64,000 nt of DNA from an uncultured delta proteobacterium (lineage in GTDB: Bacteria > Myxococcota > Myxococcia > Myxococcales > Myxococcaceae), in assembly GCA_963796055.1 (NCBI GenBank), contig CAWCKH010000003.1:640001-704000 (forward strand), given 5' to 3'. Below, one piece after another: positions 38,342 to 49,782 of this stretch. The notes beneath the pieces are model-generated. The model made no database searches and had not been told where the DNA came from. It worked only from the letters and a program-made list of their open reading frames with translations. Position numbers and translations under genes: made by a program. How positions within the stretch are numbered: the stretch's first letter is position 1; the number at the start of each line of letters is the position of its first letter.

Positions 38342-38344
38342 GTT

Positions 38345-39502
38345 CTAGCGGGTCACCCGGTGGAGCTCGCGGGCGAGCCCCCCCACCTGTGGCCCGTCCA
38401 CCACGAAGGTCAGCTGGAGCGGGGAGCCGTGCAGCGCGCAGACCTCCACGCCGAGCGCGGCCGCCGTCCCGAGACACCCGGCCAGCAGCGCGCTGTCGGT
38501 CCCCACTCCCGGGCCGGCCAGGGTGACCGTCCCCAGCCCCGGCCGCGGCTCGGCCCCGAGCGCCCGGGCGCGCGCGTCGAAGGCCTGGACCCCGTGAACG
38601 TCCTGCAGCGGCACCACCAGGAGGAGCCGCCCTGCCCCGCCCCGCGTCCCGGCCACCAGACGCAGGCGAATCTCGTGCTCGGCCAAGCTCCGGAGCACGG
38701 CCTCGAGCTGCGCCTCCGGGACCTCGAGCACCCGTACCTCGGTGTCGCTGGCCACGGCGCGCACCGGGGCCGGGTCCGGGCCGATGCGCGATCCGGTGCC
38801 CTCGCCATGGGTGCTGCGAGCGTCGATGACGATGCCGGCGCTGCGGGCGAACTCCACCGCCTGGGCGTTGAGCACCCGGGCGCCCGCCGCAGCGAGCTCC
38901 TGCATCGTCCCGTAGTCCAGGGTCTGCATCTTCCGCGCCTCGGGCACCACCCGGGGATCGGCCGAGAACACCCCGTCCACGTCGGAGTAGATCTCGCACG
39001 CCTCTGCGCCGAGCGCCGCTGCCAGCGCCACCGCGGTGGTGTCGCTCCCGCCACGGCCCAGGGTGGTCACCTCCCGGTTCCGGGAGACGCCCTGGTACCC
39101 GGCGACGATGACCACCTTCCCCTTGCTCAGCTCCTCGCGAATCCGCACCGGGCGCACCTCGACGATGCGCGCCTGGGCGTGGGTGTCGTCGGTGATGATG
39201 CCGCTCTGGCTCCCAGTGAAGCTGATCGCCGGGACCCCCTGCTCGTGGAGGGCCATCGAGAGCAGGGCCATGCTGATGCGCTCCCCGCACGTGAGCAGCA
39301 TGTCCAGCTCCCGGCGGGGAGGGTCGGCCGACATCCTCCTGGCCAGCGAGAGGAGCTCGTCGGTGGTGTCGCCCATGGCCGAGACCACCACCACCAGCTG
39401 GTGTCCCTCGGCCCGCCTGGCCGCCACCCGTGCGGCCACCTTGCGAATTCGCTCCACGTCTGCGACGGAGGAGCCCCCGAACTTCTGGACGATGACGCTC
39501 AT
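38345..39502 (-). CDS. lysC: Aspartate kinase
   Basis: [47 protein letters not shown]. Confidence 0.92.
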   Translation of the reverse strand: MSVIVQKFGGSSVADVERIRKVAARVAARRAEGHQLVVVVSAMGDTTDELLSLARRMSADPPRRELDMLLTCGERISMALLSMALHEQGVPAISFTGSQSGIITDDTHAQARIVEVRPVRIREELSKGKVVIVAGYQGVSRNREVTTLGRGGSDTTAVALAAALGAEACEIYSDVDGVFSADPRVVPEARKMQTLDYGTMQELAAAGARVLNAQAVEFARSAGIVIDARSTHGEGTGSRIGPDPAPVRAVASDTEVRVLEVPEAQLEAVLRSLAEHEIRLRLVAGTRGGAGRLLLVVPLQDVHGVQAFDARARALGAEPRPGLGTVTLAGPGVGTDSALLAGCLGTAAALGVEVCALHGSPLQLTFVVDGPQVGGLARELHRVTR

Positions 39503-39560
39503 GTCAGGTCGTTGCCACTGCACCGGGCGGGCCACGGAAAGAACCGGGCCTCCCCGTGTG

Positions 39561-39588
39561 TTGACAGACCGGTGCCCATCCATAGTAT
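39561..39588 (+). promoter_or_regulatory. Sigma70-type promoter TTGACA-N16-TAGTAT for the ABC operon
   Basis: Perfect -35 and a good -10, 31 bp upstream of ATG 39620. Confidence 0.6.
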
Positions 39589-39619
39589 CGCGCGCCCGCT
39601 CGCGAGGAACGACACTCAG

Positions 39620-40354
39620 ATGACGGCGATGATCGAGGTCACCGGGCTCAGCAAGCGCTACCGCGACCGGATTGCGGTGGAGGAGCTGACGTTCAGCGTC
39701 CCGGAGGGGGAGATCCTGGGCTTTCTCGGGCCGAACGGGGCCGGGAAGTCCACCACCATGCGGATCCTCACCGGTTACCTCCCCGCCTCGAGCGGGACGG
39801 TGAAGGTCGCGGGGTTCGACGTCTTCGAAGAGCCCTACGAGGTCAAGCGGAGGATCGGCTACCTGCCGGAGACGCCCCCGCTCTACCCGGAGATGACGGT
39901 GCGCGGATATTTGAAGTTCGTCGCCTCCATCAAGGGCGTCCGGCGCGGTCAGATGGCCGCGGAGCTGGAGCGCGTCGCCCACGCCACCGGGGTCTCCGAG
40001 GTGACGGAGCGGCTGATCCAGAACCTGTCCAAGGGGTACCGGCAGCGGGTGGGCATCGCCCAGGCCCTGCTGGGGAATCCGCCCGTGCTGATCCTCGACG
40101 AGCCCACCGAGGGCCTCGACCCGAGCCAGCGCGCCGAGATGCGCCAGCTCATCAAGGGGCTGGCCGGACAGCACACCGTCATCCTCAGCACCCACATTCT
40201 CTCGGAGGTCACCATGACCTGCGAGCGGGTGCTCATTCTCAACCAGGGACGGATGGTGGCCTTCGACGAGATCCGCAAGCTCGCCCACGCGCTGGGCGGA
40301 GGCGACCAGACCTCCCTGGAGGACATCTTCCTCAAGCTCACCGCCGCTGCCTGA
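39620..40354 (+). CDS. ABC transporter ATP-binding protein (GldA-like)
   Basis: [43 protein letters not shown]. Confidence 0.92.
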   Translation: MTAMIEVTGLSKRYRDRIAVEELTFSVPEGEILGFLGPNGAGKSTTMRILTGYLPASSGTVKVAGFDVFEEPYEVKRRIGYLPETPPLYPEMTVRGYLKFVASIKGVRRGQMAAELERVAHATGVSEVTERLIQNLSKGYRQRVGIAQALLGNPPVLILDEPTEGLDPSQRAEMRQLIKGLAGQHTVILSTHILSEVTMTCERVLILNQGRMVAFDEIRKLAHALGGGDQTSLEDIFLKLTAAA

Positions 40355-40369
40355 CGGAGCACGATCCGC

Positions 40370-41173
40370 ATGCGAAACGCGCTGGCCATCGCCCGCAAGG
40401 AGCTGGGCATCTACTTCAGCACGCCGTGGGCCTACGTGGTCTTCACCGCGATGCTCGGAATCAGCTCCTTCTTCTTCGTCAACCTCCTGGCCACCTTCAA
40501 GGAGGTGCAGGGCCTCGCCCGGGTGTACGGCTGGGCGCGCCTGCCGCCCGAGTACGGGCAGTTCAAGAACCTGACCGACGGCATCGTGGTCCAGCTCTGG
40601 GACGTGATCGGGGTGATCACCCTCTTCGTCGCCCCGTTCCTCTCCATGCGGCTGTTCGCCGAGGAGAAGAGGAACAAGACCTTCGAGCTGCTGATGACCG
40701 CCCCGGTGCGCCCCTGGGAGATCGTCCTCGGCAAGTACCTCGGGGGGGTGGGCGTCATCTGGGCCACCCTGGGCCTCACCATCATCTTCCCCATCACCCT
40801 CTCGCTCTTCGGCTCCAGCGAGTCCGGGACGGCGCTGGAGTGGAGCACGGTGGCGCTCGGGTTCGGCGGGCTCCTCCTCTGGGGGGCCACCTGCCTCGGG
40901 GTGGGGATGTTCGTCTCGGCGCTCACCGAGAGCCAGATGCTGGCCGCGTTCCTCACCTTCGCCATCCTGCTCCCCTGGATGCTGCTCCGCGGCCTGGCCC
41001 AGAGCGCCGAGGAGCCGTGGCGGAGCATCGCCAACCACCTCTCGTTCAGCTCGCAGCTCTCCACGCTCTCTCGCGGAGTGCTGGACCTCAAGGCGCTGGT
41101 CTTCTTCGCCTCGGTGATCCTCTTCTCGCTGCTGCTCACCCACCGCACGGTGGAAGCACAGCGCTGGGCCTGA
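40370..41173 (+). CDS. ABC-2 permease (GldF-like)
   Basis: [33 protein letters not shown], 6 TM. Confidence 0.9.
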   Translation: MRNALAIARKELGIYFSTPWAYVVFTAMLGISSFFFVNLLATFKEVQGLARVYGWARLPPEYGQFKNLTDGIVVQLWDVIGVITLFVAPFLSMRLFAEEKRNKTFELLMTAPVRPWEIVLGKYLGGVGVIWATLGLTIIFPITLSLFGSSESGTALEWSTVALGFGGLLLWGATCLGVGMFVSALTESQMLAAFLTFAILLPWMLLRGLAQSAEEPWRSIANHLSFSSQLSTLSRGVLDLKALVFFASVILFSLLLTHRTVEAQRWA

Positions 41174-41176
41174 CCG

Positions 41177-42748
41177 ATGAACCTCCGCACCCTGGGAAAG
41201 ATCCTCGGAGCGCTGGGGCTGGTGGCCCTGCTCTCCGCCCCCTACACCTACTTCGTGACCACCGGCTCGCCGTGGATGGCCGCGACGAAGGCGATCCTCG
41301 GCGTGCTCCTGCTGGGCGCGTACTTCGGGACCAACCTCGGTGAGTTCGGGCAGTTCGCCTCGCGCCGGAGCACCTTCTACCTCGGGTCGACCATCGCCAC
41401 GGTGCTGGTCGTCCTGGTGGGGCTGGTGGCGGTCAACTACGTGGTGGTCAAGAAGGGCAAGAGCTGGGACCTGACCACCAAGAAGATCTTCACCCTCGCT
41501 CCGCAGACCAGGAGCGCACTCGCGGGGCTCAAGGAGAAGGTGCGGGCCTACGCCTTCCTCGCCCCCAGCGACCCGGACTACGAGCAGGTGGACCGGCTCC
41601 TCCAGCGCTACCGGGAGCAGGCGCCCGACAGGTTCGAGGTGTTGTTCAAGGACCCGCGCAAGGCCCCCGACCTCGCCCAGAAGTACCAGCTGCGCGAAGG
41701 GCAGACGACCCTGGTCCTCACCCGCGGAACGGGCGACAAGGAGAACCACACCACCGTCTCGGTCTCCAACGGGGTCACCGAGCAGGACCTCACCAACGCG
41801 CTGATCAAGCTGAACGCGGTGGGTGAGCAGAAGGTGTACTTCACCACCGGCCACGGCGAGTGGCCGCTCGAACCACGCGAGGCCCGCGACCCGGCGTCGC
41901 TGAGCGAGCTGAAGAAGACGCTGATCCAGGAAGGCTACGTCCCGGGCACCCTCAACCTCGCCGATGGCAAGGAGATCCCCAAGGACGCCTCGGTGGTGGT
42001 GGTGGCCGGGGCCAAGAGCAAGTTCGGCAAGGCAGAGGCCGAGCAGCTCCGCAAGTACCTCGCCCAGGGCGGACGGATGCTGTACTTCGCCGAGGCCGAC
42101 GCCGAGCCCGGGCTCGACCCGCTCCTGGCGAAATACGGCATCCAGGTCGACCCGGGGCTGGTGGCCGACGACGTCTACGCCATCGACAGCCCGTACCTGG
42201 TGGTCTCGCACTTCTTCGGTGACACCGAGCTGGCCCGCGACCTCAAGCGAGCCCAATACAACCTCCAGTTCCCTACCGCCCGCGGCCTGACCGTGCTGCG
42301 CGAGGGACTGGAGGAAGGCACCCAGGTCGCGCCGGTGCTCACCACCTCCCCCAACGGTTTCGAGGTGAAGACGCCCACCGAGAACCCCCAGCGTCAGAGC
42401 GGTGACAAGGCGGGCAGCATCCCGCTCATCGTCCAGTCGACCCGCAACGTCGGCAACGCCGAGGGCAAGCGCAACGACGAGATGCGGCTGGTTGCCTTCG
42501 GCGACTCGGAGATCCTCGTGGACCCCAACTGGGGCGACGAGCCCAACCGGAACATGGTGATGAACGCCTTCGCCTGGGCGACCAGCCAGGTGCAGAAGAT
42601 CACCATCCGCCCGCCGGACCGGGACATCTCCACCCTCGACCTGGACGCGCCGCGGCTGGCCCGCATCCGCTTTCTGGCCACCGACCTGGTGCCCTTCGGG
42701 CTCCTGGGGGTCGGCCTGGCGATCTGGCTCAACCGCCGAAACAAGTGA
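41177..42748 (+). CDS. GldG-like ABC transporter auxiliary protein
   Basis: [27 protein letters not shown]-terminal TM. Confidence 0.88.
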   Translation: MNLRTLGKILGALGLVALLSAPYTYFVTTGSPWMAATKAILGVLLLGAYFGTNLGEFGQFASRRSTFYLGSTIATVLVVLVGLVAVNYVVVKKGKSWDLTTKKIFTLAPQTRSALAGLKEKVRAYAFLAPSDPDYEQVDRLLQRYREQAPDRFEVLFKDPRKAPDLAQKYQLREGQTTLVLTRGTGDKENHTTVSVSNGVTEQDLTNALIKLNAVGEQKVYFTTGHGEWPLEPREARDPASLSELKKTLIQEGYVPGTLNLADGKEIPKDASVVVVAGAKSKFGKAEAEQLRKYLAQGGRMLYFAEADAEPGLDPLLAKYGIQVDPGLVADDVYAIDSPYLVVSHFFGDTELARDLKRAQYNLQFPTARGLTVLREGLEEGTQVAPVLTTSPNGFEVKTPTENPQRQSGDKAGSIPLIVQSTRNVGNAEGKRNDEMRLVAFGDSEILVDPNWGDEPNRNMVMNAFAWATSQVQKITIRPPDRDISTLDLDAPRLARIRFLATDLVPFGLLGVGLAIWLNRRNK

Positions 42749-42749
42749 C

Positions 42750-44210
42750 ATGAGCGCCCGGAGCAAGAACCTCTGGACCCTCCTGGGGGCGGCGGTGGTG
42801 GCGCTGGGCCTGGGGCTCTACGCCTACTTCGGCGTCATGAAGGGCGAGGAGAAGGAGGCCGAGCAGAAGCGCACCGCCGAACGCCTGGTCCAGCCGGTCT
42901 CCCGGCCCGACGGCGGCACGGAGACGGTCCGCTACGACAAGCTGGTGGTGAAGGCGAAGGGCCAGACCACCGAGCTCGCCCGGCTTCCGGATCAGTCCTG
43001 GGTCCTCACCCGGCCCTTGAAGACTGCGGCCGACGTACAGACCGCGGAGGGAATCGTGAGCGCTCTGCAGTTCGCGCGGATCCGCGCCACGGTGGAGGAG
43101 AAGCCCACCCCGGAGGATCTGCACCGCTTCGGCCTGGATAGGCCCGCCGTCGAGGTCACCGCCTCGGCCGATGGGGTCCCCCCGCTGACCGTTCGCCTCG
43201 GCGTCGAGAATCCCTACGACGCCAGCGCCTATCTCCAGCGCGAAGGTGACCCCAAGGTGTACGCGGTCGACGGATCGACCCGCTCCAGCCTGGACAAGGG
43301 CACGTTCGATCTCCGCGACCGCGACGTGCTCGCGGTGCGGGACCTCGGCGTCACGCGAATCGAGCTCCGCGGCAAGAAGCACGACTGGGCGGTGGGCCGG
43401 GACCCGGGACAGCCCTATGCCTTCGTTCGCCCGGTGAAGGAGGAGGCGGACACCGCCGCGATCTCCGGATGGCTCGGTTCCCTGCACGGCACGAAGGCCA
43501 CGAAGTACCTCGAGGACACGCCGGCCGAGCGGAAGCGCACCGGGGTGGAGAAGCCGGCGGTCGAGGCGACCTTCCAGCGCGGCACCACCGAGACCGTCCG
43601 GGTGCGGCTCGCCGCCGGGAAGGCGGAGATCGACCCGGTGTACGTGCTGCGCGAGGACCAGTACGGGTCCGCGCTGGCCGAGGTGCCGCGGGCGGCGCTC
43701 GCGGCGCTGGACAAGAGCCCGGCCGAGCTGCGCGACCGCTCCGTCCTCCGAGCGAAGCCCGAGGACGTGAGCCGGATCCGGATCGGCAGCAGCGACGGCG
43801 CCCTCGTGCTGGAGCGCCAGCGTCCGGCGGACGGCGGGCCGGAGAGCTGGCACGTCGGCGGTCCCTCGGGAGCCGTCGCGGACTCCTTCAAGGCCAGCTC
43901 GCTGCTCTACACCCTCACCTCGCTCCGCTCCGAGGCGACCGAGGAGAAGCTTCCGACCGATCCGAAGTCGACCGGGCTCGGGCCAGCCGCGCGCACGATC
44001 GCCTTCGAGGGGCAGGGCGGAAAGACGCTCGGAGGCGTCACCCTCGGCGGCCCGTCGAAGAAGCCGGTGGGGACGTTCGTGCGCGACGACCGAGGCCGGG
44101 TGGTGGTCGTCGACAGCGCGCGGCTCAAGGACATTCCCTCGAAGCCCTCAGATGTGCTGCCGCCTCCGCCTCCGCCCGCGGCTCCCGCGGGAGCGGACGC
44201 CGGGAGCTGA
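42750..44210 (+). CDS. DUF4340-domain membrane-anchored protein
   Basis: N-terminal TM, repeated FGLDRP / DLRDRDVL / ELRDRSVL units. Typical fourth gene of GldAFG-like operons. Confidence 0.8.
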   Translation: MSARSKNLWTLLGAAVVALGLGLYAYFGVMKGEEKEAEQKRTAERLVQPVSRPDGGTETVRYDKLVVKAKGQTTELARLPDQSWVLTRPLKTAADVQTAEGIVSALQFARIRATVEEKPTPEDLHRFGLDRPAVEVTASADGVPPLTVRLGVENPYDASAYLQREGDPKVYAVDGSTRSSLDKGTFDLRDRDVLAVRDLGVTRIELRGKKHDWAVGRDPGQPYAFVRPVKEEADTAAISGWLGSLHGTKATKYLEDTPAERKRTGVEKPAVEATFQRGTTETVRVRLAAGKAEIDPVYVLREDQYGSALAEVPRAALAALDKSPAELRDRSVLRAKPEDVSRIRIGSSDGALVLERQRPADGGPESWHVGGPSGAVADSFKASSLLYTLTSLRSEATEEKLPTDPKSTGLGPAARTIAFEGQGGKTLGGVTLGGPSKKPVGTFVRDDRGRVVVVDSARLKDIPSKPSDVLPPPPPPAAPAGADAGS

Positions 44211-44422
44211 GAGGCCAGCGACCCGCCGCGCTTCCTCAGTCCTCGCTCGTCGCGTACGCCTCGTAGTGAGAGTCTTCGCGCCATGGCCTCGAAGTCGGCC
44301 TGGCGACCGGGCTGGACCTCACCTCCCCGCCACCCGGGCGACGGCGGGTCGTCACGCCGCCCGACCGCCTCCGGCCCGCTCGCCGCGGAGACCTTGCGCA
44401 GCCGCTTGATCCCGCTCCGCCT

Positions 44423-45544
44423 TCATACGGTGAGCCCTCGCGCCTCCAGCTGGGCCCACATCTCGGAGACCCGGTCATCGGCGCGCTGCCCGGCCAGCCA
44501 CTCCGCCAGCTCGAGCAGCCCCTCGGTGAACGACACCCGGGCCTCGTACCCGAGCGCCTTCGCAGCAAGCGTGGTGTCGGCGTAGCAGTGCCGCACGTCC
44601 CCCATCCGATAGCGACCGGTCAGCTCCGGCCGGAGGTGCCGCCGACCGAGCGCCTCGGCCATCTGGGCCGCCACGTTGCGGATACTCATGCTCGTGCCGC
44701 TGCCAACGTTGAACACCCGGCCCGCGGCGACAGTCGACTCGAGGGCAAGGCGACACGCTCGCGCCACGTCGTGGACGCTGACGAAGTCCCGCTGCTGGAG
44801 CCCATCCTCGAAGATGAGGGGCGCGTTCCCGTTCAGAAGCCGCGAGGCGAAGGTGGCCAGCACCCCGGTGTACGGATTGCTCAGGGCCTGGCGGGGCCCG
44901 TACACGTTGAAGAAGCGAAGGGCGACCGTGGGGACGCCGTAGACCCTGCCCAGCATGAGGCAGAGCTGCTCCTGTTCATACTTCCCCAGCGCGTAGACCG
45001 AGCTCAGCGTGGGTGCCTTGGTCTCCGGGGTGGGAAACGGCTCGAGCGGCTCGTCGTTCGGCCCGGTCGGCTCCCAGCGACCGGCCTGCAGCTGCCGGAA
45101 GCTCCGGTCCTGCGCCTCGACGACCCTCCCGTCGGCAGTCCGGTAGAGCCCCTCGCCATAGATGCTCATCGAGCTGGCGACGACCAGCTTCTCCACCGGT
45201 CTCTGGGTGAGCGCCTCGAGCAGCACCGCGGTCCCGAAGTTGTTGACGCTGGTGTAGTGGGCCATCTGGTACATGCTCTGGCCCACGCCCTCGGCGGCCG
45301 CGAAGTGGAAGACGGCGTCGACGTTCTTCAGCGCCCGGTCGACCGCCCGCCGATCACGGACGTCCCCCCGGACCAGCTCCACGTCGGCGGCGAGGTACTC
45401 GGGCCGGCGGCGGTCCTCGCCGTGAACCTGCCGCACCAGCGAGTCCAGCGCGCGCACCCGGTACCCACGCGCGAGCAGCTCGTCGGCAAGGTGCGAGCCG
45501 ATGAAGCCCGCTCCCCCGGTGATCAGCACCCGCTTCTTCGCCAT
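44423..45544 (-). CDS. NAD-dependent epimerase/dehydratase
   Basis: TGGAGFIGSH, ASSMSIYGEG, YALGK, LRFFNVYGP. Confidence 0.92.
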   Translation of the reverse strand: MAKKRVLITGGAGFIGSHLADELLARGYRVRALDSLVRQVHGEDRRRPEYLAADVELVRGDVRDRRAVDRALKNVDAVFHFAAAEGVGQSMYQMAHYTSVNNFGTAVLLEALTQRPVEKLVVASSMSIYGEGLYRTADGRVVEAQDRSFRQLQAGRWEPTGPNDEPLEPFPTPETKAPTLSSVYALGKYEQEQLCLMLGRVYGVPTVALRFFNVYGPRQALSNPYTGVLATFASRLLNGNAPLIFEDGLQQRDFVSVHDVARACRLALESTVAAGRVFNVGSGTSMSIRNVAAQMAEALGRRHLRPELTGRYRMGDVRHCYADTTLAAKALGYEARVSFTEGLLELAEWLAGQRADDRVSEMWAQLEARGLTV

Positions 45545-45816
45545 CCTCGCTCTCTCCCGTCCTGGATTCGGCCAGCAGTGCCAGGAGAGCTATGCACGCC
45601 TCGACCGGCCGGCTGAGGAGCAGGGACCACTCAGTTCGAAAGCCCGGACGATGGACCCCCTGGGGTGTTCGGTCCAAGACGGGCCGGAATCGCGGGAATT
45701 TCATCGCGCATCCGGGGCTCTCCGGGTGGGTGTGGGTAGGACCTCGCGAGGCGTTTGCCCTAAACGGGTGTCTCGCGGTCCAGGGGGCTGTGCGAAGAGC
45801 CTCCCCGGAGATCCGA

Positions 45817-47868
45817 ATGACCCGTTCAGCCCTCGCTGCTCTGCTGCTCTGCATCCTGGCCAGCTGCTCCAGCAGCCCATCGAGCAACACCGTCCCCACC
45901 CCGGTCGGCGTCGATCGCACGCCGCTGCTCACCCAGGTGACCAGCTGCGGCCAGCTCGAGACCGCCATCGAGGACGCCCTGGTGCTGCAGATGAAGAGCA
46001 GCCTCGAGCAGATCCGGAAGGGCGACTACTACATCGGCGTGGGCGGCGCTCCGGTGGGCCCGGGGGCGCCACCGGGGCCGGTGACCGCGTCACCGGGCGG
46101 GGCCGGCGCGGGCCCCACCAGCGTCAGCACCACCAACACCCAGGTCGCCGGCGTGGACGAGGCGGACTTCGTCCAGAACGACGGCACCCGCATCGCGGTG
46201 CTGGCCGGCGGGATGCTGCACCTCCTCTCCTCCTGGCCCCCGCAGGCGATGGCCGAGACCGCCAGCCTGAAGATCGACGGCTGGCCGCGGGACATGTTCC
46301 TCGCCGGAAACCAGGTGGTGGTCTTCAGCAACGTCTACGTCCCGCGGGCGATCGAGGGGACGCACCCGATCTGCGCTCCGGCCCCGGGCCCCGCCGTCGA
46401 CGCCTTCTGCGGCTACTGGGCGAATGACGTCACGCAGATCACCACCATCGACGTGAGCGACCTCTCGCATCCGAAGGTCACCGCGGAGATCCTCCTCCCG
46501 GGCTCGTACCTGTCGGCGCGGAGGATCGACCAGCGCGTGCGCCTGGTGATGTCCGACACCCTGCCCTACCCCGACGGGTTGAAGTACTGGCCGGATCTCC
46601 CCCCGGGGACGAGCAAGGAAGATCGCGACAAGGCGTTCGATGCGCTGGAGGCGGCCAACGAGGCCCTCATCCGCGGCCGCTCGCTGGACGACTGGCTCCG
46701 GAAGGGCGAGGTGCGCATCCCTGGCGGCGCGACCACCCCCATCGCCTACAACTGCAGCGACTTCGCGCTCAGTCGCGCGCCGACGCGGCCCGGGCTGCTC
46801 ACGGTGGCCACCGTGGACCTGGGGACCGATTCGCTCAAGAGCCGCACCACGGTGTTCGCCGAGCCAGGAACGGTCTACGCCTCGAAGGATACCCTCTACG
46901 TCGCCACCGCCCACTGGTGGTGGTGGCCCGAGATCGGCCAGTCCGACGCCACGTACATCCACGCCTTCGATCTGAAGGACCCGGACAAGGCTCCCTACGT
47001 CGGGTCGGGGACCGTCGATGGGTGGGTGCGCGACCAGTACGCGATGGACGAGTTCAGCGGCGCCCTCCGCGTCGCCACCCACCTGAGCACCCGGGTGGCG
47101 GATGGGACTCCCTGGGGCACGCTCAAGGGCTCGAACCGCATCTCGGTGCTGAAGCCCAGCGGCGGGGCGCTCCAGCTCGCCGGCAAGACCGACGACTACG
47201 GCGCGGACGAGCAGACCTTCGGGACCCGCTTCGTGGGCACGCGGGGGTTCGTCATCACCGCCCGGCAGGTCGACCCGCTGTTCACCTTCGACCTGACCGA
47301 CCCGGCCCACCCCACCAATGTGGGCGAGCTGCAGATGCCCGGGTTCATCTCCTACCTGCACCCGATCGACGACACGCATCTGCTGGGGGTCGGCCGGGAG
47401 CCTGGATCGGCCGGGATGATGCAGCTCAAGGTCGCGCTCCTCGACGTGGCTGACCTCGCAGACCCCACGGTCCTCGCCACCCAGCTGGTGGGTCAGGGCT
47501 GGTCGTACTCCGACGCGCTGTGGGACCCGAAGGCCTTCACCTGGCTGCCGGCGCAGAAGATGCTGGCCATCCCCTTCGTCGACTACGGGAGCCAGACCTT
47601 CGTCTCCGACCTGCGGCTGTTCAAGGTCGATCCGGCGAGCGGCATCCAGGCGCTGGGGAGCCTGTCGATGGCGGACGTCTACCTGAGCTGGTCCTACGAG
47701 AACTGGAGCTACAGCTGGTCGCCGTGGATCCGCCGCGGCATCCTCGCCGACGCGCAGGACGGACAGTACGTGTATGCAATCAGCGACGCGGGCGTGCGCT
47801 CGGCCAAGGTGGCAAGCTTGCCGGCGTGGCTGCAGACCGTGAAGTTCCCGCCGCTCGTCTACCCGTGA
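45817..47868 (+). CDS. Beta-propeller domain lipoprotein (Beta_propel-like)
   Basis: Lipobox LASC. TNTQVAGVDEADFV, QYAMDEFSGALRVAT, RQVDPLFTFDL, GELQMPGFISYLHP. Confidence 0.85.
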   Translation: MTRSALAALLLCILASCSSSPSSNTVPTPVGVDRTPLLTQVTSCGQLETAIEDALVLQMKSSLEQIRKGDYYIGVGGAPVGPGAPPGPVTASPGGAGAGPTSVSTTNTQVAGVDEADFVQNDGTRIAVLAGGMLHLLSSWPPQAMAETASLKIDGWPRDMFLAGNQVVVFSNVYVPRAIEGTHPICAPAPGPAVDAFCGYWANDVTQITTIDVSDLSHPKVTAEILLPGSYLSARRIDQRVRLVMSDTLPYPDGLKYWPDLPPGTSKEDRDKAFDALEAANEALIRGRSLDDWLRKGEVRIPGGATTPIAYNCSDFALSRAPTRPGLLTVATVDLGTDSLKSRTTVFAEPGTVYASKDTLYVATAHWWWWPEIGQSDATYIHAFDLKDPDKAPYVGSGTVDGWVRDQYAMDEFSGALRVATHLSTRVADGTPWGTLKGSNRISVLKPSGGALQLAGKTDDYGADEQTFGTRFVGTRGFVITARQVDPLFTFDLTDPAHPTNVGELQMPGFISYLHPIDDTHLLGVGREPGSAGMMQLKVALLDVADLADPTVLATQLVGQGWSYSDALWDPKAFTWLPAQKMLAIPFVDYGSQTFVSDLRLFKVDPASGIQALGSLSMADVYLSWSYENWSYSWSPWIRRGILADAQDGQYVYAISDAGVRSAKVASLPAWLQTVKFPPLVYP

Positions 47869-48584
47869 GACGCGTGGGGGCGCCGATCGGCGTCGTGCTC
47901 ACGGCCCTGATGGCCTGCGATGCCCAGACCGATCCCGGCTACCAGGGCGAGCCCCTGGTGACCCTCCGGGGCCGCGTGGAGAGCAGCGGCGAGCTGCCGC
48001 CGCTCGAGGCGGCGATGCTCTGGCAACGGGGTCCGCCCCCGGGGACGGAGGACCAGCAGCTGGCGACGCGGGCGCCGGTCACCTCCGGGTTCCCGGCGAG
48101 CTTCACCCTGCGGCTCTACACCCCGCCGCCGGATGCCGCGTTCCGGACGCTCACCACCGGCGCGCCGCGCTGGGCGCGGGCCAACGCCGCCGCCGTGCCC
48201 TATGGGCTCGACCCCGCACAGGTGCCCAACCTGCCCACCGCGCACAACCCCAGCTACACCTACGACCCCGAGCACTGGGTGATGTACCTCGAGTCGGACG
48301 TGCCCCCGAACTCGCTGACCGAGTGGTGGCTCGGCGAGGCGCTCGGCGCGGGCTATCACCTGGTCCGGGTGCTCCCGGTGCCGGGCTGCCTTTCCGCCGC
48401 GCAGCTCGAGAGCTGTGTCGCCGAGCTGGTCCGGCGCGGGGTGCCCGACGATGGAACCGACGCTTCGGGCACCGCCCGGGCGTACTGCAAGGCACCCTAC
48501 CGCCTGCACCCCACGAGTCTCGACGAGGCCATCGTCCTCCGGCTCGGCTCCCCGGACGCCGGGGCGGCCCCGGCCTGCCCATGA
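47865..48584 (+). CDS. Putative lipoprotein
   Basis: GTGA overlap, LMAC lipobox, DPGYQGEPL, FPASFTLRLYTPPP. Confidence 0.75.
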   Translation: MRRVGAPIGVVLTALMACDAQTDPGYQGEPLVTLRGRVESSGELPPLEAAMLWQRGPPPGTEDQQLATRAPVTSGFPASFTLRLYTPPPDAAFRTLTTGAPRWARANAAAVPYGLDPAQVPNLPTAHNPSYTYDPEHWVMYLESDVPPNSLTEWWLGEALGAGYHLVRVLPVPGCLSAAQLESCVAELVRRGVPDDGTDASGTARAYCKAPYRLHPTSLDEAIVLRLGSPDAGAAPACP

Positions 48585-49069
48585 TCCTCGACGCCCCGGC
48601 CATCGCCAGCTTGTATCGCTCGCACGGCCACGTGGTGCTCCGGCGCGCACGCACGCTCCTGGGCAGCGAGGCGGATGCGCGGGAGGCGCTGCAAGACATC
48701 TTCACCGCGCTGGTGCGCAACCCCGACGCGGTCCGCTCGGCTGGCTCCGTCGTGGGCTGGCTCTACCAGGCCACCACCCACCACTGCCTGAACCACCTGC
48801 GCAAGGCGCGCACCGGCGCCCGGGTGCTGGAGCTGCACGTCCGCCCCGGAATGGCCGAGACCGGAGGTCCCCGCGGCGAGGCTGCCGCGGAGGTGCGTCG
48901 GCTTCTGGCGCTGCTGCCCGAGGACGTGGCGGCCGCCGTCGTCTACCACCACCTGGACGGGATGACCCACGCCGAGGTCGCGGAGCTGCTCGGCTGCTCG
49001 CGGCGCCAGGTGGGCTACCTCCTCGAACGCGCCCAGGGACTCTGGGATCGCGCGGAGCAGACCGCATGA
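48581..49069 (+). CDS. ECF sigma-70 factor
   Basis: ATGA overlap. EADAREALQDIF, WLYQATTHHCLN, LDGMTHAEVAELLGCSRRQV. Confidence 0.88.
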   Translation: MILDAPAIASLYRSHGHVVLRRARTLLGSEADAREALQDIFTALVRNPDAVRSAGSVVGWLYQATTHHCLNHLRKARTGARVLELHVRPGMAETGGPRGEAAAEVRRLLALLPEDVAAAVVYHHLDGMTHAEVAELLGCSRRQVGYLLERAQGLWDRAEQTA

Positions 49070-49782
49070 ATCTCGCAACCACCCCACTCAGCTGGAATGC
49101 CTGCGTCTCCGCCCTCCGCCTCGACCGGTGGATGATGGGCGAGCTCGGCTCCGCCGACGCCGAGACCGTCGGCACCCACGTCTCCGCCTGCGCGGCCTGC
49201 AGCGCTGCCGTTGCCGGGATGCGCGGGGTGCGCGAGGAGGTGCGGGCGCTGCCGTTGCCGCCGGCGCTCGGCCGTCCCTCCCCGCGGCGCCGGGTTCCGG
49301 CAGGCGCCGCCATCGGGATCGGGCTCGCCCTGGCCGCCTCGCTGCTCCTCGTGCTCCGCTCTCCGCCCACGGGGGAGCGCAGCAAGGGGGCCGGGTTCGC
49401 GCTCACCATGTACGTCCAGCACGGGGACGAGGTCCGCCGCGCGGCCCCGGGCGAGCGCGTCTCGCCCGGCGACGCGGTGCGCTTCGCGGTGAGCACCCCG
49501 GCGCCCGCCTACGTTGCCGTTCTCAGCCTCGACCCCACCGGAAGAGCCTCGGTGTACTTCCCGCAGGGCCCCCGGGCCGCCCCGGTCCCGGCAGGAACGG
49601 AGGTGCTCTTGCCGCTCGGCACACGGCTGGACCCGACCACCGGGGAGGAGCGGCTCCTCGGCATCTTCTGCGCCTCGGCGGTGGAGCTCGAGCCCATCCG
49701 TCAGGCGCTGGAGCAGGGCCAGGATGCCTCCCCGCTGCCCAGCGACTGTCAGGGTCTCCGGTGGAGCTTCGTCAAGCGCTGA
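49066..49782 (+). CDS. Zinc-binding anti-sigma factor (HxxxCxxC) with TM and DUF4384-like periplasmic domain
   Basis: HVSACAAC, a TM, RSKG, then PGDAVRFAV...AYVAVLSLDPTGRASVYFP. Confidence 0.8.
   Translation: MNLATTPLSWNACVSALRLDRWMMGELGSADAETVGTHVSACAACSAAVAGMRGVREEVRALPLPPALGRPSPRRRVPAGAAIGIGLALAASLLLVLRSPPTGERSKGAGFALTMYVQHGDEVRRAAPGERVSPGDAVRFAVSTPAPAYVAVLSLDPTGRASVYFPQGPRAAPVPAGTEVLLPLGTRLDPTTGEERLLGIFCASAVELEPIRQALEQGQDASPLPSDCQGLRWSFVKR

Noticed and set aside
39503..42766. Apparent 1473-aa aspartate kinase fusion
   Set aside because: The upstream part is antisense to the ABC operon. The real LysC starts at ATG 39502.
44211..44422. Small ORF downstream of the epimerase
   Set aside because: Only short or overlapping low-complexity frames with no motif or RBS support.
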